From: Octopus vulgaris
Taxonomy: Eukaryota
DNA length: 64,000 nucleotides
Reading direction: 5' to 3'
Assembly: GCA_951406725.2 (NCBI GenBank)
Contig: OX597826.1
Location: 60,388,001-60,452,000 of the forward strand
Positions 1-13,829 of this stretch are shown here, in pieces (position 1 is the stretch's first letter; every line of letters starts with the position of its first letter). Both the position numbers and the translations under genes were made by a program. The notes under the pieces are model-generated. The model was not told where the DNA came from, made no database searches, and saw nothing but the letters and a program-made list of their open reading frames with translations.

Positions 1-148
1 CTGTATGAGGTTCCTCACAGATTTACACACTTACTGCAACAGTCTTTCTGTTTTTCTAAGCCCTTAAGAGAACTCGGAAGGTTGTTGCCTTCAATCAGGC
101 ATATTGCGATATCCTTCAACCTAGAAACTTTACAGCAAGTCCTCGCGA
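1..148 (-). mobile_element. Partial decayed copy of a mariner-type MITE (same family as 2616-2837 and 44940-45160)
   Basis: Reverse complement resembles the left part of the 44940-45160 MITE (gcgatatccttcaacctagaaactttacagcaagtcctcg). Truncated by the window edge. Confidence 0.55.
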
Positions 149-440
149 TTAAGAGGGCAAGTCCTCCTCAGTTGGAAAGTATAAATTCCCATTCAGCCAG
201 GCAATGCCCGCTTGGTTGTGTACGGAAAACATTGTCCAATGAATTAAATTCAAACTGACGTTTTTCTTAACCAAAATAATAAGCAGAATAATAAGTACAT
301 ATTGCTTGCAGGGCTCCAAGATAATTTCCAAGAGGTTTTAATCACTAAAGACAAAATATTGTTTTTGATATTAATTTGTCGCAATATACATGTTGTAGAA
401 CTATGGAAAACTAAATAGGATATATGCCTGCATGTGTATC

Positions 441-499
<59 letters not shown>

Positions 500-802
500 G
501 ACGAGGAGGAGGAGGAAGAAGAAGAAGAAGAAGAAGAGGAGGGGGGAGGAGGAGGGAGGAGGAGGAGGAGGAAGAGGAAGAGGAGGAAGAGGAGGTGGAA
601 GAAGAGGGGGTGGAAGAAGAGGAGGTGGAAAAGGAGGACGAGGGAGAGGAGGGAAACAGTAGCGGTAGTGACCGTAGCAGCAGCAGAAATGTATCATTGA
701 GGGTTTAGAAACAAGAATACGAAGAAGAAAGGCATATACAAAAAGATGTTCCAGTTGTTTTCGTTAGTGATGATGAAGATGATAATGATGATGATGATGA
801 TA

Positions 803-849
<47 letters not shown>

Positions 850-850
850 A

Positions 851-923
<73 letters not shown>

Positions 924-975
924 CGGTTGTGGTGGTGGTGGTGGTAGTGGTGGTTTTGGTGTGTAGTGGTCTGTA
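441..975. repeat. Compound trinucleotide microsatellite: (TAG)n, (GAG/GAA)n, (GAT)n, (GGT)n
   Basis: Directly visible. Accounts for the homopolymeric ORFs at 401-976. Confidence 0.95.
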
Positions 976-1104
976 GTGGTTCTAATAATTAATGCTCTGG
1001 AAGACCGTCATAATGATAACGAAGAAGGGAAAGAGACAAAATATATAAACAACAATAAAAGCATAGACAAAAAGAACATAAAACATAGAATGTGCAAGCA
1101 TACT

Positions 1105-1140
<36 letters not shown>

Positions 1141-1142
1141 CA

Positions 1143-1181
<39 letters not shown>

Positions 1182-1730
1182 TAGACATACATACATATAA
1201 ATGTATATATATATATATATATATCATATGTCATATTCATATATATATATATATATACTTGTATACATACGTACATACATATATATATATATGTGTGTGT
1301 CTGTGTGTGTGTTTGTGTGCGTGTGTATGTGTTTGTGTGTATGTATATACGTATCTGTGTGTGGATGCATGTGAAAAGTATGGACTCGATATATTTGTGC
1401 TTGTCTTTTTTTAAATAGATTATGTATGCTTGTATATTTCTTTGTTTTTGTTTTAGGGACAATATGAATTATATATTATTTCGGTTTTCTTTCTCTATAC
1501 TGTCACACCTTTCAACGTTGTCAAGAAGTGAAAATTAAATCACCTTTCAAACAATATATTATTGATTAAGTAGTCAAATTCAGAAACGACATTTTACGTA
1601 CGTATCTTTGTATCCCTCTATGGCAAGTGACATACAACCAGACATGTTCCTACGTATCCGTATATATATTTGCTTGTTTGTGTATGTGAGTGTGTGCGTG
1701 CGTGTATACACATATATATAATTATATGTA

Positions 1731-1780
<50 letters not shown>

Positions 1781-2024
1781 TGATAGGTGCATGTTTGTAT
1801 GTGTGCATGCATATATGCAGAGAATTGCAGCGTATTACCATCCTTCATATTGCCTAGAATTGTGTAACCCTAAAAATGTCGAAATAAAATATAAACGGGA
1901 AACCGTTGTTTAGCCATCTTTGCTTCAAATTGCATAGCAGCACCCCTTTTTCTTATAGCAATGTGTGTACGTTTATACACACACACACACACGCACACAC
2001 ACACACACACAAATACACATATAT

Positions 2025-2247
2025 GTCTGTGCTTGTTTGTCACCTCTGTGTGTAGCCCCTTTTGGGCGGTAAAGAAATAAGAAACGTTAGCACGTTAGAA
2101 CGTTCTGAATTCAAATTTTGCCGAGGTCGACTTTCTTCATCTTTTCGGAGTCGATAAATCAAGTCATATTTGCGTACTGGGGTCGATGTAATTTTCTTGT
2201 CCCCTCCCCCAAAATTTCAGGCCATGTGCCTAGAGTAAAAATGAATA
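2025..2247 (+). mobile_element. Fragments of tRNA-derived SINE family B (3' tail of one copy followed by an internally deleted copy)
   Basis: Core ttcaaattttgccgaggtcgactttcttcatcttttcggagtcgataaa shared with 15123-15550, 16921-17071, 34740-34960 and 49812-50016. 2025-2080 matches the tail seen at 16921-16980. Confidence 0.75.
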
Positions 2248-2615
2248 TTTTCCTGCTGTCAGTGAGCCAGTACTGGGAAAGGAAAACTTCGTAAAAGTCT
2301 TCAAACTCCATTCGGTCGTTGTTACATTCAACATTAAGTAGAGCAAAAATTATTTCTTGACGAATAAACTCAACACTGAAACGAATTTTTAGGCTTTTAC
2401 TTAATCACTTTTCATGCAAACGTGGTTTTAACATGTTCCAACCGCGCTTTATATACATCATATATGTTATTTAAAAGAATACGCTGATGAATGCCATTTG
2501 CTGGACTTAAATTTTTAACAGCAGACGTTACGCTAGCATTATTGCGTGTCCATTTGAAACGTCCTTAGTGAGGAGATAACTAATAATCCTTAACTCATAT
2601 TCGGAATACGACATG

Positions 2616-2837
2616 TATGTGGGAGTGAGGAAAAGTTCTTGGGTTTAAGGGTATCGTGAATGACCTGGTTTGAGGCCCAACCTACCGAGGTCTTTGCAGT
2701 GTTTATAAAAACTGAAGGACCGCTGCAATAAGCGTGTGCATCTGAGAGGAAATTATGTTGAATAAAATTATAATTAACTGATCTTCCTCTATTTTTTTCA
2801 CCCAAAGCCAGAGACATTTTAGTACTGCCTCCTAGTA
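2616..2837 (+). mobile_element. Mariner-type MITE, decayed
   Basis: TA-flanked. Degenerate TIRs (gaaaagttcttgggttt / aaagccagagacatttt). Internal sequence colinear with 44940-45160. Confidence 0.7.
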
Positions 2838-3102
2838 ATACAATATCGTGTGACATTTGAAGAAATGAGCTTTTTGACTGGACTGCTTGGATTTGGAATG
2901 TCGAAAATACTAGCTTATAGTTTTGAGACGGTCCAGAATGGAACTTTATTTTTATTTCCATACTGAAAAATGAACTATAAAAGACAAAACAGTTTCTATG
3001 AGAAATAAACAAAACAACATTGATCATAAAGAAATTAAAGCGTAAGATGGTAGTAATTGTGAGATGGGTACGGTGGTGATTTTGAAGGCGGTGGTGTGGT
3101 GT

Positions 3103-3157
<55 letters not shown>

Positions 3158-3573
3158 GTAATCAGTGAAACTTCGAGAGTTACAAACATCAAAAACTGTC
3201 TGATAATAACACAATAGTAAAAAATCTAAACTAAACACAATAATTTATTCACCAACTAAACACTCACGCACACACACGCACAACATACACACACTCACAA
3301 ACACACACATACACACACACACACACACTCACACACATGTCTATAAGTAGATATGCATATACATATACACACACACATATATACTCTCATGTATACATAC
3401 ATATATATACATATGTATATTATGTATATATATGTATATTATGTATGTACATATGTACATATATATGTACATATATATATGCATACGAAGAATATAAACA
3501 TATAAGCAACATACATGTATTCATACGTACATACATCTATATATATATATGTGTGTGTAAATATATATATATA

Positions 3574-3658
<85 letters not shown>

Positions 3659-4290
3659 ATATATGTATATGTTTATATATAAATATTATATTTATATATG
3701 TATATACATCTATACATAGGCGTGCGCCTGTTGGTATGTGTGCCTGTGTGTGTATATATACATATATTCGACAGTATAGCTTTTTTGTGCGCGCATACAT
3801 AAGTGGTGACTTGTCTGCGTAGCGTGCTCCAGCTTCACTTTCTTACAGTATATTTTTATTTCCGATTCATTATTTTCTAATATTTCGTTTCGGTGTTCAT
3901 TGTTCTGTTATTATTATTACTCATTATAACTTCTTTCGTTTCGTTTGTTTTTGTTTCATGTCATTGTGTTGTAAAAATATTAAGCTTGCTCTTTTCTTTT
4001 CTTTGTTGTTCCTATTCTTTAATTTATAATTTGGTTTTAACATACCCCAGCCTCGTTTTATATACATCATATATGATATTTAATTGAATAAAATGATGAT
4101 CTAGTGTTAGTTAGATAACAACTTATATTGTTGTTGATCTTTTGTTTTGAAGCACTAAATGTGTTATTGCTTATACACGCTTGTCTATATATAGGCGTGT
4201 GTTTGTGTTCGTGTGCGCGTATTTGCACACACGTATCTGTATGTGCATGCATATTCAAATATGTTTGTATCAATGACTCCCACACATTTT

Positions 4291-4750
<460 letters not shown>

Positions 4751-5489
4751 GTATATACATATATGTATACACATACATAACGCATACATATATATGTATG
4801 TGCGTGCACTTGTGCGAATATATACGTGTATGTATATGATTCTTCCTGTGTGAGGGACGCGTGTGGGCTTGTGCATGTGTGTATGTGTATGTTGGTATTT
4901 GCTTCTGTGCATAATTGTGCTCATGCGAGTACGTGTATCTTTTTACCCATGTGAGGATGCCTATAAAATTCTCTGTAAACGTAAACACAGCCGTACATAG
5001 ATGCATACACGCAAACACATTGACAAAAATTCAGCCATGCATATGATTACAGGACTAGATATAAAAGCATATACACATGCATTTATGTATACAACGCATA
5101 CAACTTAGTGTATCTACATGTAAACACACACACGCACACATGTATAAAAAATGGCAACCATTCATTTGTGTACATTCCTCTATGTAAATCATACACGGAG
5201 ATATGCATGTATAATTCATTCATATATGTGTATATATAAAATGTGTGCATATGCACATATGCACCCATGAAAACATACATAAATATTTGTTGTCTTCTGT
5301 CAACAATTACATATTATCATGGAGTGTGTTTGTTCATATATCTGTATTTCCTCTCTGTTTTAATAAATCGAAATATTCAGTCGTCGTAAAAGCGAAGAAC
5401 CCTTCAAAGTACAGTTTAATTATATTTTTATAATATGTAAGCCTGCACGCCTGCATCTGTATATGTTCACATGTACGTAGCTAAGTGTC

Positions 5490-5849
5490 AACTAAGGTAC
5501 GAGGGTTCCAGTTGATCCGATCAAAAGAACAACCTGCTCCTGAAATTGTCGCGCAAGTGGCTGAGCACTCCACTGACGTAACTTTGACATAGTTCTCGGG
5601 GAGAATCAGCGTCACACAGAGCCTGACAAGGGTGGCCCTTCGAAATACAGGTACAACAGATACCGGAAGAATGAGAGAAAGTTGTGGTGAAAGAGTACAG
5701 CTGGGTTCACCACCACCCTCTGCCGGAGTGTAATGAAGCTTTAGGTGTTTTGGCTCAATAAACACTCCCAATATCCGGTCTCAGAATCGAAACCGCTATC
5801 CCACAACCGACAGTCTGCCGCCCTAACCACTGAGCCATTGCACTTCCAC
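5490..5849 (-). mobile_element. tRNA-derived SINE family C (head/body type B + tail type 2)
   Basis: Minus strand reads tggaagtgcaatggctcagtggttaggg (A box) ... ggtttcgattc (B box), then ttattgagccaaaacacctaaa body (as at 44082) and a tail shared with 36500-36645. Confidence 0.8.
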
Positions 5850-5891
5850 TATATATATATATGTCTGTGTGTGTGTGTATGTGTGTGTATC

Positions 5892-5972
5892 GGCGCAAGT
5901 CGTGGCTGTGTCATAAGGAGGGTGCTTCCCAACCGCATGGTTGAAGGTTCAGTACCACTGCGTGGCACCTTG
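5892..5972 (+). mobile_element. 5' head fragment of SINE family A
   Basis: ggcgcaagtcgtggctgtgt...ggttcagtaccactgcgtggcaccttg matches the head of the 10886-11299 SINE. Confidence 0.7.
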
Positions 5973-6072
5973 CGCCGATATATATATATTCCTATTGTCT
6001 GCCCGTTTCAGCTATGCGGCTGCGATCATGATGGAGCACCAACACACATGTATATATTTATGTGTGTGTGTA

Positions 6073-6118
<46 letters not shown>

Positions 6119-6324
6119 TGTGAATATATATAAACGTATCTACAAACATTTTGATATATTAGTAATAAACACGGGTTTAACTCTCCTTTGACTTAATTAC
6201 AAAATATTTTTCAAGGAAATAGAGAAGTCTATTACTCATTTTTTAATTGATAATTTACACCTCTATAATTTTTAATTGATATTTTACATTCTCATTACCT
6301 ATTTAAGCAAGTAGGTTGCGGATT

Positions 6325-6397
6325 TTTATTGGGTTGGATATGATGTTGAAAAAGAGCAAGAACTCCTGAAATATACATGTACAGCCATCATCTATTT
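6325..6397 (+). ncRNA. Degenerate type I hammerhead ribozyme (array copy 1)
   Basis: Core mutated to TTGAAAA, but GAG-CAAGAA-CTC stem II, GAAA and TATACATGTA stem III/cleavage triplet are retained. Confidence 0.55.
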
Positions 6398-6712
6398 CGC
6401 CACCTTTGATCGACTTTTTTTACATTAGACGTTGTCAGATACATATCAATGCTGGCTACAAATTTTATAGAAAAGCTGCATAGATAACCTTAAATGAATG
6501 TAATTTAATAATACTGCTATTAGGTAAAGTATTAACTTATAAATCCTTTAATATACTTAGTTGTATATCATGGTTGCATAACGAAATACGATATTGCTTA
6601 CATGTAATTAACATCTACGTACAGCTGCCAGAAATGTATTCAATATACAAATTGGTCCATCCTCTAGTGTTACACTGTTAAATATATTGGTTATTTAAGC
6701 AATGAATGCGTG

Positions 6713-6795
6713 AATGGTTAATGTGTTGGATGTAGTACTGAAGAAGGAGCAACAACTCCTGAAATAGGTATATACACACACACATTACCTATTTT
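6713..6795 (+). ncRNA. Type I hammerhead ribozyme (array copy 2); predicted cleavage after 6772
   Basis: GTA-CTGAAGA-AGGAG(CAACAA)CTCCT-GAAA-TAGGTA-TA|TAC. Intact core, perfect 5-bp stem II, GTA/TAC proximal stem I, distal stem aatgtgt/acacatt. Confidence 0.85.
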
Positions 6796-7073
6796 TCTAT
6801 CACTGATCTCATTGTTTACTTAGATGTATATGACGTCATAACAAATTAGTGCTGTAGAGATAGATAACTTTCAAAGTGAATTAATAACACTACTAACACA
6901 GGAGGTGCATAACTATGACTTGTAAGCAGTTTATTATACTTGGTAGCATATCATGGTTGAATAATAAGATACAGTGTCCCGAACAGCAATTTATATGTAC
7001 ATACCAGTTGCTAGGAATATGTTTATTATGTCGCACTGCTATATTTGGTAGCTACTTGAGTTATGTGTTCATG

Positions 7074-7150
7074 GATGGTTAATGTGTTCGATGTAGTACT
7101 GAAGAAGGGCAATAACTCTTGAAATATGCGTATAGACCTATTACCCATTT
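7074..7150 (+). ncRNA. Type I hammerhead ribozyme (array copy 3); predicted cleavage after 7134
   Basis: GTA-CTGAAGA-AGGG(CAATAA)CTCTT-GAAA-TATGCGTA-TA|GAC. Intact core, weakened stems I and II, distal atggttaat/attacccat. Confidence 0.75.
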
Positions 7151-7424
7151 TTTGATCATTGATGCCACTGTTTAGATACATATGTATGAAATGTCGTAAC
7201 AAATCAGTGCTGTAGAGATAACCTTAAAAGTGAATTAATAGCACTGCTACACGGGGGTGGAGGCACAGTTTTAAGTCTTTAATATATTTGATAGTATATT
7301 GTTGTTGGTTGAATGACGAAATACAGTGTCCCTAACAGCAATTAATATGTGCGTACCTGTTGACAGGAATGTGTTTATTATGTCACACTGTTATATTTGG
7401 TAGCTATTTGAGTTATGTATTCGT

Positions 7425-7502
7425 GAATAGTTAATTTTTTGATGTGGTGCTGAAGAGAGAGCAATAACTCCTGAAATATGCATGTACACACATTATCTAT
7501 TT
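7425..7502 (+). ncRNA. Type I hammerhead ribozyme (array copy 4); predicted cleavage after 7486
   Basis: ATGTGGTG-CTGAAGA-GAGAG(CAATAA)CTCCT-GAAA-TA(TGCA)TGTA|CACACAT. Intact core, palindromic TGCA loop III, GUA cleavage triplet, GTG/CAC stem I. Confidence 0.8.
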
Positions 7503-7644
7503 TCTCATCTTCGACTATAGTATTTACATTAGACTATTCGGATACGATATGATCGTAGCAAATTAGAGCTGGCTATAATATCTGTATATAAAATATCTGT
7601 ATATAAAATCTGTAGAGATAACTTTTCTTAAAATGTGGTATATA

Positions 7645-7830
7645 CAGTGGCGTGTCTACAACATTGGGGCCCTGAAGCTTAAAAAGTTATGGGGAGGGCC
7701 CACTTTACAACCAGCAACAGTAAGGTAGCATCCAACAAGGGTTAAAGAATTTTCGTGCCTTTGCAAAGAACTCCAACCTTGAGGGTCTGATATCCCAAAT
7801 GGTGGAGTGGTGACGTGGAGCCCTTATATT
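7645..7830. mobile_element. Possible end of a non-autonomous DNA transposon (hAT-like)
   Basis: Starts cagtggcgt followed by repeated gggccc motifs, as in hAT-like MITE ends. No matching right end found. Confidence 0.25.
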
Positions 7831-7923
7831 TTGTATCTTTTCATTTGTCTTGCTCGCTTACGTTCTGGCGTTTGCTAAATTTCCTTCTAGCATAATAGAT
7901 AGATTTATAGTTAGATAGATAGA

Positions 7924-7993
<70 letters not shown>

Positions 7994-9570
7994 GGCAGAT
8001 GTGAGTGTGTCCCCGTATCCGTATCTATCAGTGCATGCGAGTGTGTGGGTTCGTGTGGGTGTTTGTGCATGTATAAATCTCATGAAATATTTATAAATTA
8101 CTAAAACCAAATTTAGCTTCACGTATACGAAAAAAATACCTTAATGCATATATGATTGCTTCTATTTCTTTTAGAACCAGGTAAGCCGGGTAATCTACAA
8201 CACTTTATATTTAAAGTTGTATGTTCGAAGATAGGCTGCAGTCAAATGCATCCTATAGAAATGAATCCGAAATATTCGCTTAATACAGTGCTAGTTTGAC
8301 GTATACTGTTTCTTCTATTTTGTTACATCCATAATAGCTTCTACTACACATATGTCTTTATGACACTTCACGTATGGATTTGCTTTGTAGGACGCTGACG
8401 CCGTTGGAAAGTTGAATATTTCATAATAATATTTGTTTGTTAATGAGTTTTGTTCTTTCATTTTGTTCAAATATAATTTGGTTTAAGTCTTTGATTAATT
8501 TTTATATCTTTTGTATGTTTTAGACATAACGGATCTGGGCCAGTTGCAACATTCTGTCTTGCTCTGCTTATTATTAAACGATGAAGTATACCATGATTTA
8601 TTTATATATCGGATAAAGCTAACCGAATAGAGAAGCCGACGTAGAGACAGAAATATTAACATGTATATGTAGTTATCATTATACGCACGTATATTTTTGA
8701 TAGGATATCTGTGCGCTTGCTATCTTAGTATGTGAGTGTGTATATGTATGTTCGTATGTGAAGAGAGAGAACATATAGATATAAAGAAACCAGACAGCAT
8801 GAAAGGAGAAAATGTGGACAAAAAACAATAAGACCGAAACAGACAAACATTCATACACGCACACAATAACACAAAACTACACACGCAAATACACATACAC
8901 ATATATACAAAGATTCACTAAGAGCCACATCGTTACATACTCCAACAGGTATACGCACAAACACATGCACGATACTGTGAGAATGAAAGCACACTCAAAT
9001 ATTACATATGGTTTCGAGAAGCTATTTACATTATAAAGTCTTTATAATAAAACATGAAACGCTAGTTGAAATGAAAGATTTCTGTTATGAATGTAACGGA
9101 AATGTTAAATCAGTTCTGTAGAAACCTACATAGAAGCAGTCATTGGAATCTGTCACAAAACACTATGTAGAAAGCATTGCTTTACCAGTAAAGTAGCCGT
9201 GGCACTGTAAATTGTTTTCACCTGATATATGTAATTGCATAGAGTCTGCATGATAAATGGCTGGAATACGGTAAAAACAGCTGGAAGTTAAACAAAAATA
9301 CTAGACCTGGTCTAGAAAGCCTTCGATTTCATAAGGTCTCTTATAGATATATAGGTTTTTGTAAGCATATATAGATTTATAAGCACGTTCACACACACGA
9401 ACACGCACACGCACACAAACACACACACACACATTCTCTCTCACTGTGTCTCTCATAAAATACATATATTTAGATAAGTATGGATATATATATCTCCATA
9501 TGTGTATATATATATATATACATATACAAACATATATAATAGATAAATAATACATACACACACATACACA

Positions 9571-9644
<74 letters not shown>

Positions 9645-9805
9645 TACATATACATCTATGCAAACAGAGAACACACCTGCAAATATGTATGTGCTAATAT
9701 ATCTATCAATCTAGCTACTAGCTTGCTAGCTATATATATATAAATACAGAGAGTGAGAGAGAGAGATTTGTACATAAACAGATAGATAGATTGCTAAGAT
9801 TTATA

Positions 9806-9848
<43 letters not shown>

Positions 9849-10254
9849 TATATACGAAAAATGTATATGTACATACAAACATATATGCACATGTATATAT
9901 ACACATTGATATATGTACATATATTAATACGTATATGTATGTGTATATAAATATATATGTTAATTTGCGTGTTGTGTGTGTGCGTGTGTGTGAGTGTGTT
10001 GTGCGCGCGTGTGTAACAGTTTTCCTTTCTAGCTTACAGTTTACAACATTATGGAATGTGGTATATGAAAAACATTTTAAAACGTAGAATAGATGGAAAA
10101 TACATTTCTCTGTTAAGTTCTCGCAAATAAATTGATGGCTACACAGCGTGAATTTTTACTTAAAAACGAAACAGCAATGATATTTATTTTATTTTCTCTT
10201 ACCTTATGAGATTTCATTTCATTTTGTTACATTATTTTACTACAATTTGTGTGT

Positions 10255-10378
<124 letters not shown>

Positions 10379-10885
10379 ATGTATTATGTATTACATACAC
10401 ATATACGTACCTATATATATATATATACACGCATGCGTATGTTTATATCATTATCTATTATAAAACGTCTCCACATCTTCCAATTCTTCAAATGTTATTT
10501 GTCGCTGTATCAATCAATTCGTTACGAACCTGAAAGTAAACTTTATTCGGAGTTTTTTGAGTATATATCAAGAAAAACTATTTTGCTCCGTTATACTACA
10601 TTTATAGATCTAATAATTGTTGCAGGAAATGTTAAAATGTAAAAATAATGTATGTGTATTAAATTTAAGATCTTCGTTCGAATTTTAACTGACGTAATTT
10701 TTTTTTTCCTTATTGGGTTCATAAATTTAAATAATAGTCAATATTTCGAATTTCGAGCTTTGGTTTTTGTCGTTCGTTTTGCAAAGGAAATAGATACCAT
10801 CCATCTATTGGTTTAAATTAATAATCTACAGTTTCATCAGGTTCTGTTATCTATATGGAAAAAGATAATGTTTATTGCGAGGGAA

Positions 10886-11299
10886 TACTCTCTTTTACTC
10901 TTTTACTTGTTTCAGTCATTTGACAGCGGCCATGCTGGAGCACCGCCTGTAGTCGAGCAAATCGACCCCGGGACTTATTCCTTGTAATCCCAGTACTTAT
11001 TCTATCTGTTTCTTTTGCCGAACCGCTAAGTGACGGGGACGTAAACACACCAGCATCGGTTGTCAAGCAATGCTGGGGGGACAAACACAGACACACAAAC
11101 ATATAAACACACACTTATATATATATACATATATAAGACAGGCTTCTTTCAGTTTCCGGCTACCAAATCCACTCACAAGGCATTGGTCGGTCCGGGGCTA
11201 TAGCAGAAGACACTTGCCCAAGATGCCACGCAGTGGGACTGAACCCGGAACCATGTGGTTAGTTAGCAAGCTACTTACCACACAGCCACTCCTGCGCCT
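10886..11299 (-). mobile_element. Full-length tRNA-derived SINE family A (octopus-type)
   Basis: Minus strand: aggcgcaggagtggctgtgtggtaagtagc (A box) ... gggttcagtccc (B box), central microsatellite, tail gactgaaacaagtaaaagagtaaaagag. Highly similar to 62413-62751. Confidence 0.9.
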
Positions 11300-11539
11300 T
11301 GATGTTTGGACAATCTCTTTTGTAGTATTTACTTCGGTCTTCGCTGTGTCCTGTGTTATAAGACTCTTCGTGTATTTGATCAGTTTAATGCAACTTTAAA
11401 ATAACTGTCATCCGAGCTATAATTATTTTCTCCTTAACGGAGCGGTACAACACCACCATTATAAATTATTATCATTGAGTTTATGGATTAGTGGCCAGGT
11501 CTATAATATCCTTCGTTCAAATCTCACTGAACCAGGAAA

Positions 11540-12450
11540 CCAAATACATATGATATACTCTAATCCTCTCTGTCTATAACAAACAAACATTTTGTGGTAT
11601 TTGTACTTTGAGAAGAATTTTTGGTCACGAGGAGATTTGATTATGTGCTGGAACGTCATAAAAATTTGTAAAGCCTTTTTGCATAGATGGAGTTTATAGT
11701 TAGCATTTGAATATATATCCAGCCAATTTCGTTTGGTACTTGATGAACCAATGATGTTTTCTGTGCTAGATTGTTTGATGTGCTCTGGTAGCAATCAAAT
11801 TTTACTAAACTAAAATCTCGCCGTAAATTCTTAAAATTAAAATCTATGTTACTGGTTACGAATTGAAATAGCTCATTAGTATTCTCATCTTTTCCCTCAT
11901 CTGTTCTTTTTTGTAAAACCTCATAATTCGAAGGAGATTGACTCATTTCATCTTTATCTCGAATATGTGGCACATTAATTAATTACATTATTCATCAATT
12001 GTGTAACGTTACTAGTGAACAATAACTGGCTACAAGTGTCCAACAGGTTAATAACTATTTTGGTGCCTTTCAAACAGCAGCACTGAAGCAAAGAAATATA
12101 TAAAGCAATAGTTAACAACAGATTTTGTTCACAGATATTTGTGCTTGCCGATTTTGGAAAGCTCATATAAACGCAGAGGCATTTACACGCTCATACTTAG
12201 AAAAAATATTCGGTTTCTGCCATGACAAGATGGACTTCGTAGCATTAAAATTCAAAACAAAAGCTCTTAGTTCTACAATAATTTTTATTAAACTAATTAA
12301 AAGCTCAATATTGAATTTTGGAGTACTGGAGATGTTGAATTTTTCCATGGCATTTTGATTTGCTGTTTGCATATAAATATCCATTCACATGAAGTTACAG
12401 ATATTGTACAATCGTGTAACTGTCCAAAATACCGTTGGCTGTCTGGTAGA
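11540..12450 (-). pseudogene. Possible highly decayed DNA transposase (hAT-like)
   Basis: Chain of overlapping broken minus-strand ORFs with non-repetitive sequence. The C-terminal segment NWLDIY...LCKKALQIFMTF...KFFSKYKYHK loosely resembles the hAT dimerisation region. By-eye match only. Confidence 0.3.
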
Positions 12451-13829
12451 ATCGCGTTATTTTCTCAGATATTACAATGCAATCAGGAAATCTATCGCTT
12501 CCATTGTATAAAATAAGCGCTTTTGTTCAATTAGTCTCACTTATTTGTTGTTTTTTTTTTTATTTCGAAATGTGAAGCAAAAGTCAAGTAACTCTTGAAT
12601 GGTCAATTTTATCTTTTATTTCTTTTTGCATTAGACCATTTCAATAATGGCGGTCAGTCGGTCGCTTTGAATCGCAGATGACCCTAGATGTTCGTTTTAT
12701 TCAGGGATAACGTCTCAACTAGCAGATGTTTGGAATAACCATCGAGCGGTATCTTGCGTAATCTTCTCTAGCCTGATGCAACCAAATGTTTGATTTCGCC
12801 TGGAGTTCCTTAATGAACGTGCTTCTTTACATTCTGTGTGAAACCCCGCGACTAGCATATATTTTATATATATTTTGAGTGGTATATATAGCATATAATT
12901 TGAGTGGTACCTCCATTAATCGCCTTCTGATCTTATTAACCGTTTGTTTTGACTTGAAGAGTGCTAAAAAATATGCTATTTTATATTAGATTTTGAACTC
13001 ATAGAAAAAAATTGAACAGGTTTCGCTATTTGTCCATTTCAAATTTGACATTCAGACATAATCTAGAACATTGAAAGCACAGCCATTTAAATAATCGATA
13101 AATCGAAGTCTATGCTTCAAAAAAATGTATATTAGATGAAAAAAGTTTTTTAAAAAATTTATCAAAACAAAATAACAAATAGATTTTCACAATATCAAAA
13201 TCAACAAATATCTTTTTCACCCTACCAGTGGGGGTGTGTATGCGAGCTCGCTACATGTGTTTGAGAATTAATACGTGTGTGTCACCGTGTGTGTTCGTGT
13301 GTACATGTGTGTGTATGTGTTTATTTAAAATTCATAATATATTGATAAGGTTGCTTTGACTGGGACATCCATTTTGTTGTTAATGTCTTATTCAGCCAAT
13401 CTGGTTGTATATGCCATCAAAGGCGAATTTTGAAGTACCATTCAATTCAACGTTATTAAAAAATTTGTCTCCATAATACTATATTGCGTCCACCCACCAT
13501 CAGTAAATGTTATTTCCTGCAAGTTGATTAACGATACCAAATAATTCATATCTACAGTAAACTTTTAACTTTTATTTTATTTTATTTCTTATTTGTGTGT
13601 TGAATTGCATTATGTTTCAAAATGAGGCAGCGTGTTAGCAGAACCGTTAGCACACTTCCGGTGTTTTTCAAGGTGTACGTGAGTCATTTTTTACGGTATA
13701 TTCATAGTGTAAACATCGTTTTGTTTTTGTATCAGTATTTTAATCACTTCGTTATTTGTTTTGTGCTGCTTTGCAGCAATTGGTTTGTGCTTACCCTCCT
13801 CATAGAGGAGGGACGGCTTGGTGAAAAAG

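Larger units (their letters stand above)
6295..7630 (+). repeat. Tandem array of ~350-390 bp monomers (about 3.7 units), each with a hammerhead ribozyme motif; candidate non-LTR retrozyme
   Basis: Recurring blocks (ggttaatgtgttggatgtagta-CTGAAGA..GAAATA; acaaattagtgctgtagagata; atatcatggttgaata; atacagtgtcc) with cores at 6346, 6738, 7099 and 7450, giving periods of 392, 361 and 351 bp. Confidence 0.85.

Noticed and set aside
8224-8260. Hammerhead-like hairpin tcgaaga-taggctgca(gtcaaa)tgcatccta-tagaaa
   Set aside because: The core reads TCGAAGA, extra bases precede GAAA, and no convincing stem I is present.
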